From contig NC_045138.2 in assembly GCF_008831285.2 (NCBI RefSeq), positions 28,644,001-28,708,000 of the forward strand: a stretch of DNA of 64,000 nucleotides. Direction: 5' to 3'. This stretch comes from Nymphaea colorata (lineage: Eukaryota). The notes below the pieces were generated by a model. The model was not told the origin of the DNA, ran no database searches, and was given only the letters and a program-made list of their open reading frames with translations. This document shows, piece by piece, positions 1-23,982 of the stretch (position 1 is the stretch's first letter; every line of letters starts with the position of its first letter). The position numbers and the translations under genes are program-made.

Positions 1-1687
1 GACCTTTGTCCAACTTCTGATTTTGACAACTTATCTGGAACTAACCTTTCATCATGGTTGATTTGTCATGGTTGTTGGTGGATTTCACCAAAATGGTGTC
101 AATATTGGCAGACTCATCATTGGCATTGACGAAATTGATGTCCATTTTCTCATTTAACCATGATTGAGTTCATTTGGAGTGACTGCTGCTTCAGATTGAA
201 GATCAGATACTTTATTCTGAGTTTGGGATTTTTTTTATGGGGCATTGGTAACTCTAGTAAAGAGAATACAAATTGTAGTGATCTAGCATCAAACATTAGA
301 AGCCACAAGTTGTGAGTGTAAACCATTCAGCTGCAGAAAAAGAAGTAAAATACATGGAACAGGGGACGCACGAGCGAAGCCTGTGAACATATAACTGGGG
401 AGACGAAAAATATGTGAACATGATATTGCATACAGGATATGAGAAGCTGTTAGATGGACACATCATATTGAACTTGCTCATCAATTATAATGTAATGGAC
501 AATGGTAATAGTAGTTTAATGTATGATGTAATTTTAAACTTGATGAGTGATTAATATGGCAAGGACAATAATTGCTTTTTCATTCATATGACTATATCAT
601 ATTGCAACATATGCCAAAATAATTTGGAAAAGTGAGTTATGCATTTTGCTAATGAAGGAAAAGTGAGTTGTGCATTTACTATAAAATGTTTCATTCCGCT
701 TTAATGCCTTAGTACTTAAACTGAGACTTGTAGGCATTAAATTTTTAATAAATTGATTGAGATAATAAAATATGCAGATGGTATCCAATATAGATTGCAA
801 TAACAAGCTACTTACCTGTTCACTTGTCTTTTCTTTTGGATGTTCACTCGTCTATGACATATTGATACTTGAGTTAACATGTTATCCTATATAAACATGA
901 CATGGCACTTGGACTCACCAGGAGTTAACATGTTATCCTATATAAACTAGTGCGGGACACAATTAGCATTAGTTATTTAGTTTTTGTTGTCCTGATTGCT
1001 AGTTTTATCTACTTGTATTCATTAATTAAGATGATCAGTTATATTTGCTTTCAAGTTTGACCTAGCTTTGTTAGTAAATTTTTAGTTATAATGTTTCAGA
1101 ATACTGTTCGTAACTTTCCACTAGAAAATGTATTCATGTTCTATTGAACCACATACACGTGTATGTCTCGTGGCAAGGTCCTAATCATTGAAAAGCACCA
1201 TTTGTATGAAACGTATTTGTGCCTTGTCCAGTTCTAGTTATTTGTACATACAATTAGCTTCTGAACAAGTACAATCATGGACATTAACAATCACTAATGG
1301 GACTGGATAAATCCACCATGATACCACTCATGATTGCTTAACAACTACAAAAAGGTATGTATACCAGATTTAGCACAAAGATCATTGAGGGAGCATAGGC
1401 TTATGCTTATTTTTCTTGAAACATCGTATGTTACATTCATTTAGAAAATGTGATTACTTCTGACCTGCAAAATTCTTGAGATTGGCATTTCTGGATTTTA
1501 GCATGTGAAAGAATGACTGGTATTTGCTTAGTTCATGTACTGCATATATTTTGTGAGCTACTGCATTTGTTTTCTGGCCATCAATGTTGTTCTCATATTA
1601 CTATTTTCATGAGCATTTTGATCTCACTTTCCAAGTTCTCAGAGCTGCCAGCAGCAGAAACTTATTAGGACTTTTGCTGTATTTCAG

Positions 1688-2179
1688 GTTGTCCGTGAGA
1701 CTGCAATACAATGTCTTATTGCTATAAGTGGACTACCTCAAGTACAAATTTTTCCTTATGGTAGACAGGTTAAAATTTTTTCTTTCTGTTTCATTTCTTT
1801 ATCTTTGTCATGTTATCCCTTTGATATATATTCTTAAAATGTGACCATGTATTTCTTGCTTGAGATAGACCTTATGAGAATTGGTTAAATAATTCCTGCA
1901 ATTTAAATTTATGACACAAACTGGCTTTTGTAATCATATAAATAAATTCTATTATATGATGGTCAATGGACTGAGAACGTATTTATCCAGGTGTTGAAAG
2001 CTATTAGAAGGGCTCTTGATGATCAAAAGCGATCAGTTCGCCAAGAAGCAGTCCGCTGTCACCATGCATGGTAAGAATTTTTATTGCAAGTTCTTGTTAC
2101 ACAACATATTACAACCATTTGATGTTCATTCTTACTATTATAATTATGCAGGGCATCAATCACATCAAAAGTTGTCTAA
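1688..2179 (+). CDS. MMS19: 3' end (last three coding exons) of MMS19/MET18, HEAT-repeat cytosolic Fe-S assembly targeting protein; gene starts upstream of the window
   Basis: Exons 1688-1768, 1991-2070 and 2152-2179 have GT-AG junctions and consistent phase. They give VVRETAIQCLIAISGLPQVQIFPYGRQ-VLKAIRRALDDQKRSVRQEAVRCHHAW-ASITSKVV*, matching the conserved MMS19 C-terminus (LDDxKRxVRxEAxxCxxAW). Confidence 0.9.
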
Positions 2180-4846
2180 GTGTTGTTGGGGGTTTGAAGT
2201 GCATGAGGATTTCTTGAGGCATCCAGGTTCCCTTTTTTTTTTTTTGTGGTCATATGTTCTGTTTGAATCCAAATACCAATTCTGCTGGATGTAATTGAAT
2301 CATAGATGCACATTGCTCTTGATGGCTTTTTGCTGAGACTATAGTTATTGCAGATGCATATAGTAGGGTACTTCGCGTGGATTTTTTTTTATCTTCTCTG
2401 TCGATGTGTAATTGACACTGTGCAATCTACTTAGGGGTTATAGAGTTTGATAAAGATATCATCAGTTCCAACAGTGAGTCACGCTGCTTGTACATCACCT
2501 CCTGAAGTTTCTGATAAAAAGCTTCCTTCTAACTCAAATACGTTATTCTTGAGTTGATTCTTTACTAGAAAGAAAGATATGCAAGTTCCAGATAGCTTTA
2601 TTCTGAATTTTGATTTTTGAGCATCTGATATCAAGATATTGCCTTTAGATCATGATCATCTAAGGTGTGTATGCAAAAGTCTGCAAGAAATTTAAGGCCA
2701 TTTCTTTATTTTAATCTTTTCATGAGAAGAAAGAACTAAGCAGTTTCATGTTTCCATGAAGAAGGAATTGGAGTGGTTAATCTCTAATTTTGAGGATATG
2801 ATTCTGCATGTTTCATGTTCTGTTTCATAAATGTTTCTCCTAGATTTGTCTTTCTAATATTTTGCAACCATAGACAAATACCGTTCACATCTGGAAAATG
2901 TCTCAATTCTATTGCAATTTTAAAATGTCAAATGTTAAATGTAAAAATGATCTTTCATCTTTTCTTTTCTGAAAATTTGTGATGATCTTAACTTCACTCT
3001 GAGGTGTTGTCCACTTGGCAGAAGTCCCACTAACACCTAAATTTGTGGCATAACTTGGAATATATTGAATGAGAGTTAAACATGCAAAATTGGAGAAATT
3101 ACAGTACTGAATGACAGTTAAAACTTAAAAAGTAAAGGGGAGTTAGTGTCCTTGCTATTTATTGCTTGTGCAGTATCCAACTCAAATAGGGATGTTGCTG
3201 ACAAGCAAAAAAGAGTGCATTGCATATAGGAACAGTGATGGAATATGGTTAGTCAATTTATTTAGCTTTTTCATGTTTGAACCATCTGATTGGATTTTTT
3301 GGTAGATGCAGCAAAACTTTAGTTGCTATTACTTTTGCCCTCAAAGGTTTAGAACAGGAAAAGAAATATAGGAGGTTCACTGCTGTGATATGGAGCTCAT
3401 ACATATCGCAATATTCTAGGTGCATGATTCTGAGGCAATTGATGTCGCATTTTGACGTAATACATGGTAGAAGGTTGAGGTGATTGAATGAAAAACTCAG
3501 TGAAAAGGATAACTGCTCGTGGTCCATCTTGTTGATTTTTATCATGAGATAAAAATGCACATTGAAAGCTTTTGCTAATGGTTGGATTCAGATAAAAATG
3601 GCTAGGAGGGAGAATGAGCAAAAGACTTTCTGTTTCCTTGGTGCAGATGTTTTTCAATTGTATCTGTTGAAAGGGATCTCTATTTTGCCGTTAGTTTTAA
3701 ACAGAATATCCCTGCTAATCGCCATCGTGATATTACTAGCCATTTCATCTTTTCACGTTCGTAGTAGAAGGCGTAATTGTCTAGGTCTTGTATTAAGCAC
3801 ACGATATCAGTTGTCAAACCCGAGCCTTTGCCTGTGCTACGATACTTCAGGGAAAATGATGTAAAGTACCAAGTTCGGTATGGGTGAAGAAATAAATGAG
3901 AAATCTTTTGGCCGCAAAATACCTTCTCATCTTTGGCACAGTTTGGACTTAATCTTGTTTAGTTTAAACTTAACTTTACACATTTATGCCCAACGAGAAG
4001 TCGATTGATCTTTCTGATGGCAGCAACCTGAGTCTTTTGAATTATATAAATCGTCTCTAATTCAGAAGTTCTTATCATTTTCAGAAGCCAGAGGACGTGG
4101 ACACTTTCAAAACAAATGTAAGGTTTCATGGCTATTGGCCCAATCACTCCTCAAACTTCCCAACGATGTGGACAGGGCACTAGAAGTTGCCGGGAGTCGA
4201 CAGTATCTTTTGGAAGAGGAGGCTCACTCTCGGGTCAGAATCAGTTGGCCTCCTCTGGAATTGTCTTTCCGTTCGACTTTTGAATCAGGAATGTTGAATG
4301 AGACTACCACCAGTTAGCTGTTGACTTGTAAGTTCAGATGTTGAGTGTTGAGGCTAATGACAGATTCAAGTCGATGTTCCGATTTTGTAGGTAGTGAACG
4401 TAATGGACTTGATCTATTTCACCAGTTTGAACCTTTAATCGTGTTAAAACATGAACCGGTCGTATCAGTAAAGGGTGATAGTATCAATTTTTCATAATTA
4501 TATCGTTTCCCCAGGCTACAAAACCCTAAATACCATCAGATTGAGGATGGGGGACTTAACAACCCATTGTTGCTGATATATCCATCCACATTTTAATGTC
4601 GCCTTGTGTGTGCGTGAGAGAGAGAGAGAGAGCACTCATACCCGAACACGACCCGAGACACAAATTACCTCTTAACAATGTATTTCCCCAAAGTTACTGT
4701 TGGCAGGCCGAAGTTCACAAAAATCAAAACTTTATACATAATAGGGATATAAACATAGCTAAGTATTGGGCAAAAGAATCATCCAAAACAATTAAATTTA
4801 AGTTGCATTGCTCAATAAAAAATGCCGATGGCAGATTATGGTGTTT

Positions 4847-14897
<10,051 letters not shown>

Positions 14898-17021
14898 TGT
14901 TTTTCTTTCTTGCTTTTCTTCGTCTGCCTCCCTCTCGCTCTCTCTCTCTCTCTCCGTGGTGGGGGCTTTCCTCTTCTTGATAAACCGAGTTCGCAATCTG
15001 CCGGAGTAATTTCGTCCCGAACATCCGAATGTTTCGAACATACCGTGATTTTATCGTGAAATCTTCCATGGCTGTATAATGCGTGAAAACGTTATTTTGC
15101 AAAATCACTTAGTTTGCAAACATTTATTGGCACATACACCTATACCCTCAGGGAAGAAACAGTGTTTTTGTTATTTATTACATATTATTTCATCCTTTCT
15201 TATACAAATTTTTTGGTGGAGGAGTAAACTTATCAGATTCACGTAAACATGAGGATCGGACAAGAGGGAAATAATTTGCAAATTCCAGTAATGAATATTG
15301 CGATAGATCCGATGCTAATTTCTCTCTGTGTACTTAGTTTGTCTATCTCTATATCTACTCTTCACGTCCTTATTTGTCATACCATACATCATATGCAATA
15401 CATATGTTTACATGTGCTCTGCAAGTAGAAAGGGTACTATATGCCTCATCAAGAAATTTGAGAAACAGTAAAAACTGAAGTGTACATATACGTAGATAGT
15501 GCGTAGCCCAACATAGAGAGTAAGGTTCATCTTTTACCAAATTAAAATGAAAAGGGTAACTGTTCCGCCAAATTGGGTTTAAGTCGGAGATTGAAAATTT
15601 TGGTGCAAACAGTGAAGAGAGACTTAGAGCTCCATTGTCAAGCAGGTCATTATAGTATAGGGTGAGCAGGAAGTTCACAACCTACTGAAAAAAGGCCTGA
15701 AAACCTTTCAATTCCTTCCACCTCCGAAGTCATGGGCTGTATTGGCATCAGTGGTGGCAGCATCGTTGCATTCATAACAGTACACCAACAAAGAGACGCA
15801 TCGCAGAGCTACTGTTTTATGTTGACAAAGCACCATTTGGCCGGTATCTAAGGATTCGAACATCTCGTTATGTTATTCAAAGTCGTCCAAGCGATCTACA
15901 CATTCAACCCGTTACCGAAACAACATATGCTTGTTATAGAAATAACATAACAAAAGGGCATGCTGGACGCACTTCCCCTCTTTCAGCTCCATTCCAGAAA
16001 TTTCCTTTTATCCGATCATGCAGAACACGTTACAAGAACACCATGTTCTTGTTAAATGTTGTCTTTAAATCTAACAAACAGATGTTGGACATAATCAGAA
16101 CATCTATTATTTCCAAAACATAAAGTTCTTTAGCAAGCATAAGTTACGACAATGCACACTATCGTGAACGTTTAGTGTGTTTTTTGCTTCTTTTGTGAAC
16201 TGTCCGCCGCACTTTTAGCTGTTACCATTGTGCAATAAAGGCCGAAGGAGCTTTTTTGTCTAGACTGAAGAAGTCAGCATAACAGATTCAGAAAGGAACA
16301 TTTATTCATGTCCGACAAACACAACACTCTAACCTAGAGACGAAAATTACAGGCATCAAATCAAACACAAGAATGTTTATATATTTACAAGTTTGAAGAC
16401 CCAATCTCCACCTTGCAAGCATTTGAGCCGACTCCTACCACCTGCTCAACAGGCAGCAGCATTTGGCAATGGTTCTACTGAGGCTTCTCACAAACCACAA
16501 CCGAACCCTTCAAATCAAACTGATGGCAGGACCAACTTTAAGATTGTTCTTCTGGTGGCAAGCAGCAAGACATGCCTGCGAGTCCTCGAGTCCCTCCCTC
16601 CACGATATACACACGGTCTAAGGATCTCCAGACCTTGATCTAGGGGCAAAGAAACACGGACAGTAAGACTCACACCGTGAAGCCTGGACTGACCAGGAAT
16701 AAGAAAACTACTTTTCAAAAGCAACAAATGGAATCCTTCTTAACACAAGCAACAGAAATATTTTATATCATTAGCGTTGTGCCGATCCCCTTTCATTTGC
16801 ACGCTCGGGCCTGGGTGGAACCAGGAACCACAATAGACGTGCTAATTTTATTTCCATCAACCAACACTTGGGGCCACAGCAATGAAACACAAGCTACACT
16901 AAGTCTTCATTAGATTTGTTTACAGGAGACATAAGAAAGGGAAGAACGAGGAATTTTATGAGAGGAGAAAAAAATAGAAAAAACAGCTGAATTAATCCTA
17001 ATCCATTGAAGCACCTGCAAC

Positions 17022-20000
17022 TTAAAGTGCATGTATCACGCTTCCATTGTTCTGATTCAAGCCTGTTGTGCTCACTGGTGGATTTGGATGAAAAGCTGAC
17101 TGCCTTTCTGGTCCTCCTAGCTTTCCTGCCAAGTCCAGGGGATTCGCGGGCTGCCCAGAAGCTTCACCCAAGCTCAGCTTTGACATGCCAACGAGCTCGT
17201 CGACGTTGATAGGATCCTTGGACAGTACTGCTGTTGGCTTCAAAACTGGATGGGGCTCAGAGTCCTTTGTGGGCACAATAGCATATGGTGGCCAGAATGG
17301 GAACGGAACTGGGCAATATGGTGTGAAAAATGCAGGGACCATCATTGGAATCGGAGGGCAAGGAGCAACAGGCTCTTCAACATCAATAGGCTCTTTTGAA
17401 CTCGTTTCAACAGCATCATTTTCTTGATCAAGAGCAAGACCCAACGAAGGGAGTGGGCTACTGTCAGTCTCAGTTGCCAATGATGGTGCACTAGCGGAAC
17501 TCACAAGGCGTGGTTTGTCTGCTACTGGGAGTTGGTCAACTGACTGCAAAAGTCAAGCGTGTGATGGTAATGGGAACACACATTAACATGCATGAGAAGA
17601 ACATTTAAAATGAACTCATATTCCAAAAAAGTAGAGGCAAACATACCATATCAGCCACAATGTCAAATAGGCTGGATCTCCGCTTTCTCCTGCTTGAATT
17701 GGTCTGCCGGATGAAGTACTTCTGAGCATGGCTTGCTACTTGTGTGGGTGTCCTTGAAGTCACAAAGTTGCGGGAGATTCCTCTCCAGTCCCCCTTACCC
17801 AATTTCTGTAGACCCATTAAGAACAGCCTGTGTTCTTCTTCTGTCCAGGGAGTACCTGTAACGAAAAAGGTCGGGAAGTCAGTACATTTACGAAAGCTGA
17901 CAGACGATCATCAGAACTATGGACTTTACATGAACTGTAAACAAAAACCAGGATAAGAATATAACCTCAATTTTTTTTTTCCTTTCAGTCCCATGATTAT
18001 GCCATTGTTATCTAGAAACATATTGACAAGATTTTGCACATCTACTAATAATAGTTTTGCCATAATGCCTTTATGCTTCTTTAACAAAAGAGAACCGTGA
18101 AATACAAGACAGCAGGATTTTTCTTTTTCTTTTTTCTCTCTTTTTTTTCTTTTGGTGGTTTTGGCTGCACAGAATTAAACAAACAGAGCACAGCATGCAA
18201 ATGGCAGAGCCATAATTTTTTGGCTGAGGAGAACTTGAGCCATTGACCCAGGTGTGGTGTGGGCACCGCATGTGGCCGGACCCAGTTCTAGCTTGATCAT
18301 AATGTATTTTTGATGGGCTTGTGTGGGGCGCCAGTGTGGGCAGTGGCCCACACCCACCGACAAGTAACTACCGCAGCATGTGATACCATTCTATAAGGTC
18401 ATTAAACATTGACTTGCACATTAGATCCGCAAGAAAAGCACAAGTTCACAGTTCACTATAAGAACACATTAACCAGCTTCCATTCAAGAACGAGAGACCC
18501 CTCCTATGTATCCCGAGAGCCCTAATGAATCTCTTATCATGAAGACGCCATATGGAGATGTACTTCACTTTCTTTTCTTCTACACAATATGTCCAATATT
18601 TTCATGAATCCTCCCATCCTAGGAAAACACTCCTCTCATGCATTGAGAATCTGGTAGATGAGACCATTTGAACTCCAATATCAAGCTATCTGACAAGTAA
18701 AAAAGTAGCTATTTTGCAATAGACCATATCATTTACTTCATAGAGCAGAAAGGAACGTCAAATAGAACCTCTGTGACTGCCTAAGACATTCAATCCGATC
18801 AGCTACCCAACATGTGCACTAACTGGGAACCCAAAGAAGGAACGTGCTGTCTGATGTCTTCTCAAGTCTAAGTTGAATAACAAGGTCAGGAGTCTGCACA
18901 AAGTCTACCAGACTGCTTGCTAATAAAATTTAAATTCCTCAACAAAAGATAGACATGTTTCCAGAAGCCTATGTTAGAACCAACCTACTTGAATCTCATA
19001 AGTGCAGCAAGTTCTACACAAGGAACTTGAAAAATACTTGGATGGATTTCTGGCATCTCTCCATGACTTTCTTGTGAAGCACAAAAAAGTTCAGGTGGTG
19101 TTTGATATCCACGCCACATGGTACTCACTGTTTAGCAAACAGGAGATCCAGAAGTGTGGGTCTCAGATCAACGCTACATGGAAAAAAGTGGCGAATGAAG
19201 AGGGTTATCTACATATCTGAAATCCTTCGTGATAGCGGTTAGGAAAGACACCCTTAAGTTCCGTAGGTACCATCTTCCAGTCATATTAAGGAGAAAAATA
19301 TAAGGTGGATAAGACGAAAGGGAAAAAATGTCCGCATATACAAATATAAGGAATCATGAAAAATCTACTAGCATTAAACGATAAAGGATGAAAGAAAACA
19401 GCATAAAAGGAAAACGAAAAAAAGGTTCTGATACAAGAAGCTGAGCATGTATAGTTCACATATTTTGCAAGTAACTTTTTGATAGAATAGCTGAACATAG
19501 TTTACCATGACAAGGCACTGGCTTATGATGCCAATATGCAACTCATCATGGTGCAGGACTCCACGCCTCCACATCCTATTCCAAAACACCATAGGCATGG
19601 TATATGCTTTGAAATGCACAAGCCAGAACTTCTTGACCAGTTTACTTCGGCATTTGTTCAACTTAAAGGCAATCTCACAGCTCGTACAAGAAAAGCAGAC
19701 ATGGAAGAAATCTATTATAAGTGATTTTGAAACTCTTTTTAACATCATAAAATGCTGATATTCCTCTCAAATGTAACTAATTTGCTGACACGTGCTCAAC
19801 CCTAGTTAGGAATGAAAGGATTTCAAAGCACAAACCCCGTAGATCCCTTTAGCAAGAAGGTAAAAGTAAAACACGGATATAGTCAAATATCATATAAATT
19901 AACAAGACGACATATAAACAGAAAGACATCCATCAGCTAAGCATCAGTAGATCCCAACGAAGACCAAATGAAAAAGACTCGTGTCATAAATTTTTCAATC

Positions 20001-21219
20001 TCCTGTGCAGGCCCTTCTAATTAATCAGCTTCACCAAAATTTTCAATCTTTGTGGAATTCATAAACAATTTCAGGACATTACAGGTGATTCCTACACCCA
20101 TCTAACATGTAGGGAATTCCATCGGCAACAAAATGCGAAAAATATAAATGGCATAACAACTGACTCGTTTCGACTCGTTTCGGCGGAGAGCTGAGAAGAA
20201 ACGCAGGCAGAATATTATGTAAGCAGAAAGAGCTTTCTTTTAGTAGAATATCTAGAGTACATGTATCGGATTAGGAGAGGAAAAAACCACTTGCAGGCCG
20301 ATCCACAGAAACAGCAAACTTGAAAAAAAAAAAACGATTCCTCCCCGCTCTTACCGTAAGCGTAAATCCGTTTGTGATCTTTCGTCCAGCTTAGCGTGAA
20401 ATTAACGAACAACAAAAAGGAATTCATGTCTATGCAAGGTTTCCCTGGCGATTAAAAATGGATTGATACCTAAAAATTCCACCGAAGTACCTATGCACCA
20501 AAAGATGAGGTGAATGGACAAATTTCGCAACAAATCATCGACACTTACGAAAGCGAACTCCTAATTTTTTAAAAGCAGCAGTCGCAGAAATCAATTTCCG
20601 TCAAAAAGACAAGGAAAAATGAGAAAAACCACCTGTTCAAACAAAAATATGAGACAAAGAAACAACGAAAAAAAAAATGAAGTTAAAACGCTGGAAAATA
20701 CGTCGCCATGTACTACCCAAGGATGAAACGAGTCAACACAGAGAACTCCATCCCTCCGATCGGCAACCGAATCACGGAAAATTACATGAAAGGAAGTATC
20801 AAACTCATACAACAACCGATCGAGAACGTTTCTGACCTCAGAAAACGGAACAGAGGGGGCGAGAGAGAAAAGGAGGGAGGGAGAAGGAGAGAGAGAGAGA
20901 AAGATGGAGAGGCAAAAATCTGACCTTTCTTTCTCTCACGACAGCTGGAAGAGCACGAGGCGTGCAAGGCATCATCTGAAGCGTATCCGCTGCCCCCTGC
21001 GCCGGCTGCAGGCTCCTCGGCCGGATCGGACGGGGAGCTGGGATTATTCCCCACCGGCGACGCCCCCCCGCTGGTGTAGTGCGAAAGATTGCCCATGCTG
21101 GCGCTCTTCTTCATCGACGATCCATCGGTGAGCCTGACGCCGAAGAGCTTCACCCCTCGCGACGGGCACGTCCTCGAGTTGTGCCCGTTGTGGCTACAGT
21201 GGGAGCACCTGCGCGTCAT
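17022..21219 (-). CDS. MYBS3: MYB-related (1R, SHAQKYF class) transcription factor with N-terminal CCHC zinc knuckle, MYBS3/KUA1/MYBH clade, about 341 aa, 3 exons
   Basis: Exons 21219-20925, 17855-17647 and 17543-17022 (1026 nt, GT-AG). Motifs: [23 protein letters not shown] repression motif, [11 protein letters not shown] repeat [56 protein letters not shown]-like LGLAL and C-terminal RQSAFH. Confidence 0.93.
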
Positions 21220-21254
21220 CTCCGGCGGCTTCCGAACCGGCACGATCGGCGCAT
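21216..21254 (-). promoter_or_regulatory. 12-codon upstream ORF ([12 protein letters not shown]) whose TGA overlaps the MYB start codon
   Basis: The minus strand reads ATG CGC CGA TCG TGC CGG TTC GGA AGC CGC CGG AGA TGA, and the main ATG is 21219-21217. It is the only upstream ATG between a TATA-like TAAATAAA (about 21496-21489) and the CDS. The TSS is inferred. Confidence 0.55.
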
Positions 21255-21729
21255 GCAGCGCAAGCGCTCGGAGGAGGCGACAAACGGCCGGCAATCAAGG
21301 CGTCGACGCAGTTGCCGGATCACGGCCGTCGACCCAAACGCGCGGCAACGGAGAGAACGAAGCGGTACCACCAATCGGAAGGAGAGAAATAAAATGAGGA
21401 ACAGGGACGAAGCTCTACCTCTCTCCTTCTCTCTCTCTCTGTGGCTATGGCAACTTTATCCCTCTTTCTTCTCGCTGTAACCTCCCCCTTTATTTAGGGC
21501 GAGTTTGCTATCCTGAGTGAATTTTCAAGATACCGAAAAAGCCCTCTTTGTTCGAGCTAACGGCGGTCTCGCCCGAAATCTTGCAAAGCTTTGACTTGCC
21601 TTGCCGTGGGCGTGGGGCTCATGGGCTCGCAGTCGTTCAATCGGTCGGACTCACTCAGTTGGACTTCCAATTTGACCGAACCCAACCAGTTGTTTCTCTC
21701 CTTAGTTCATACTGAAAGAAAACTAGAGC

Positions 21730-21817
21730 AATAATGTATATATACTATGAGTCTCTACGTATATATACGAAAAAATAATGTATATATACTATGAGTCTCT
21801 ACGTATATATACGAAAA
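21730..21817. repeat. Perfect 44-bp tandem duplication in the MYB promoter
   Basis: AATAATGTATATATACTATGAGTCTCTACGTATATATACGAAAA occurs twice with period 44. Confidence 0.9.
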
Positions 21818-21949
21818 AAAAGTTACTGTAACACCTGGAAATAATCCTCCAAGATATTTTCGAGATTTATCAGAATTAAATTGTTGACGTGTTACAATCT
21901 ACATTCTTAAAACTGCGTGTGATCTTATGTTCAGTGTTGAATCAGAAAC

Positions 21950-22720
21950 AACACGGCCCACTCCCACACTGAAATCGTATTCTCAAATTAGTGAATCTTA
22001 ACCATCCATTAATAGCTTCGATTACAGTTCAGAAACACTGGGAAACATAACAATTAATCACTTTAACGACTCATTTATAAGGTCTTGAAATTTTTTTTTT
22101 TTAATGATTGATTGTTGTGGTTTCTAGCCCTTTTTGATTGAAATCAAAATCCATTCAAAATAGAATGGACGAGTTAAGATTTGGAACAATGGGAATACCA
22201 GCCTAGTGTGGGAGTGCACCGAATTGTAATCGCAGTATCAAGGTTCAATTGTTGAACTGATTTAATACCATTGTAACAACCAGACCCACTTTTACGTATA
22301 GATCGTATTCCTAGTTAGTTAATCTTAATCCATTCATCGATAACTTTGGTTTCAACCCAAAAAGGAACAACTGCGACAATTAATCACTTTAACAACTAAT
22401 TTATAAATCTTTGAATATTTTTTGGTTGGGATCCGCTAAATTGGGAATATGAGTATGATTTGAGAGTGCACTAAGTTGCTAGAGTGGTATTAAAGTTTGA
22501 ACTGGCTTTAATACCACTATAACAACTCAGCCCACTTCAATACAAGCATACTTTAGTGAATCCTAACCCCTCCATTTATAGCTTTGGTTCTAATCCTAAA
22601 AAGCTAAGAACCATAACAATTAATCGCTTTAACAATTGCTAAAGTGATTGGTTCCCGTGGTTTCTAATCTTTTTGGCCCGAAACCCAGTCTACTAAGAGC
22701 ATGAGCATTGAGTTGCTATA
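21950..22720. repeat. Degenerate tandem repeat, about 3 units of 240-330 bp
   Basis: The shared core TTAGT(G/T)AATC(T/C)TAA...ACAATTAATC(A/G)CTTTAAC recurs near 21990-22068, 22316-22393 and 22553-22633. Confidence 0.75.
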
Positions 22721-23982
22721 GTAGTATCAATGGGTTCAACCCTCAAACATAAGTTCATACACTCGCGGATGCGTGTACCTTAATGATTACAGCAAGAGTG
22801 TCTATGTATAAAAGTCTCAACATCATTTTTTTTTTCATTTGGGGCTTGAGTGGATGTATAAACACTATATGCATATTGTCATTTATGGTAAATTTGTGCA
22901 TCTACTATTACAGTGAGTTAGTGTCCTCACTAGATGTACACAGGTCGGTTGTTTGTTGAGATAATTTTTTGAACTGAACTTGTTAGCAAAAGATTCAAAC
23001 ACTCAGCTGAAACAAATGGGAGACAAAATCTTTGTGAATCATGTCAAAAGTTAAGTCACCCGAGACCCAATAAAAAAATAAACATATAAGCAGGGGCAAA
23101 GATAGGTGGAGTCTTGGTGGAAAACTTGGTCTAGTTATATGAGGTAACCTCATGAGACCCGAGCCAATTAAAAATTTGTCAACTATATATTTAATGCTGT
23201 GTAGAAAAAAAAAATTGCCTGCATATAAGGAAAATGAACATATGAAACAAAAAATAAAAGTTCATTTGAATCAGACTATGTATCGTGCCGGAATGGGTCG
23301 GGTTCGATCTAGATCGGTCTCTTCCAGCCATCTTCCTTGACATATATGAAAAATATTTGTGCTAGTGAAGATGCCAGATTATTAAACTGGAATCACTTTG
23401 TTTCTCCATAATTTTTTTCTCGTCATATTAAAAATGAAACCTTGTTGGTGTCACTTGCGTGATTTGTTTAGTTTGAATCATGTGATTACCATATGGATAT
23501 TGGTTATTAAAGAGCTTCAAGTGTTGACCAAGAAAATGTGCAAGAAATCTAATGGCTCATACATATCCCATTATATCTTATTAAGATAACACGATATGAG
23601 ATCCGTTAATGAGTTAAAAAAAAAATGGCAAGGTCTCCACGTACTTGGGTTGTATCACTCACATGTTTAGGTTTATGAGACTTGGAAAGATTGTGTTCAT
23701 GTTTGAATGCCTAGACAAGTAATACACGAATGAGATTGAATAAGATTTAATTAGTAATCACATTAAAATTCAGCATGAAGTTTTTGTTACCGGGTTTGAC
23801 TTCAAAAAAAAAAAAGAATGTGAAAGTAAATGATATGGCATCACTACGTATAAAACAAATCAAAGAACTAATCGGTCTTACCTTTTCTATCCGGCTCCGA
23901 GCACTGACACATCTCGGACTCAATAATTTAGGACGACGGTGCTCGACAAGGAGCCCAGCTGCGGAACAAGCTAGGTCCGGTG

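Noticed and set aside
871..947. 26-bp direct repeat GAGTTAACATGTTATCCTATATAAAC separated by 25 bp (CRISPR-like spacing)
   Set aside because: There are only two copies, in a plant intron, with no cas genes. It is an ordinary local duplication.
20904..21480. Plus-strand ORFs of 75-133 aa opposite MYB exon 1, and the TTG-started extension from 21294
   Set aside because: These are GC-rich shadow ORFs. The conserved family N-terminus MTRRCSHC fixes the start at 21219.
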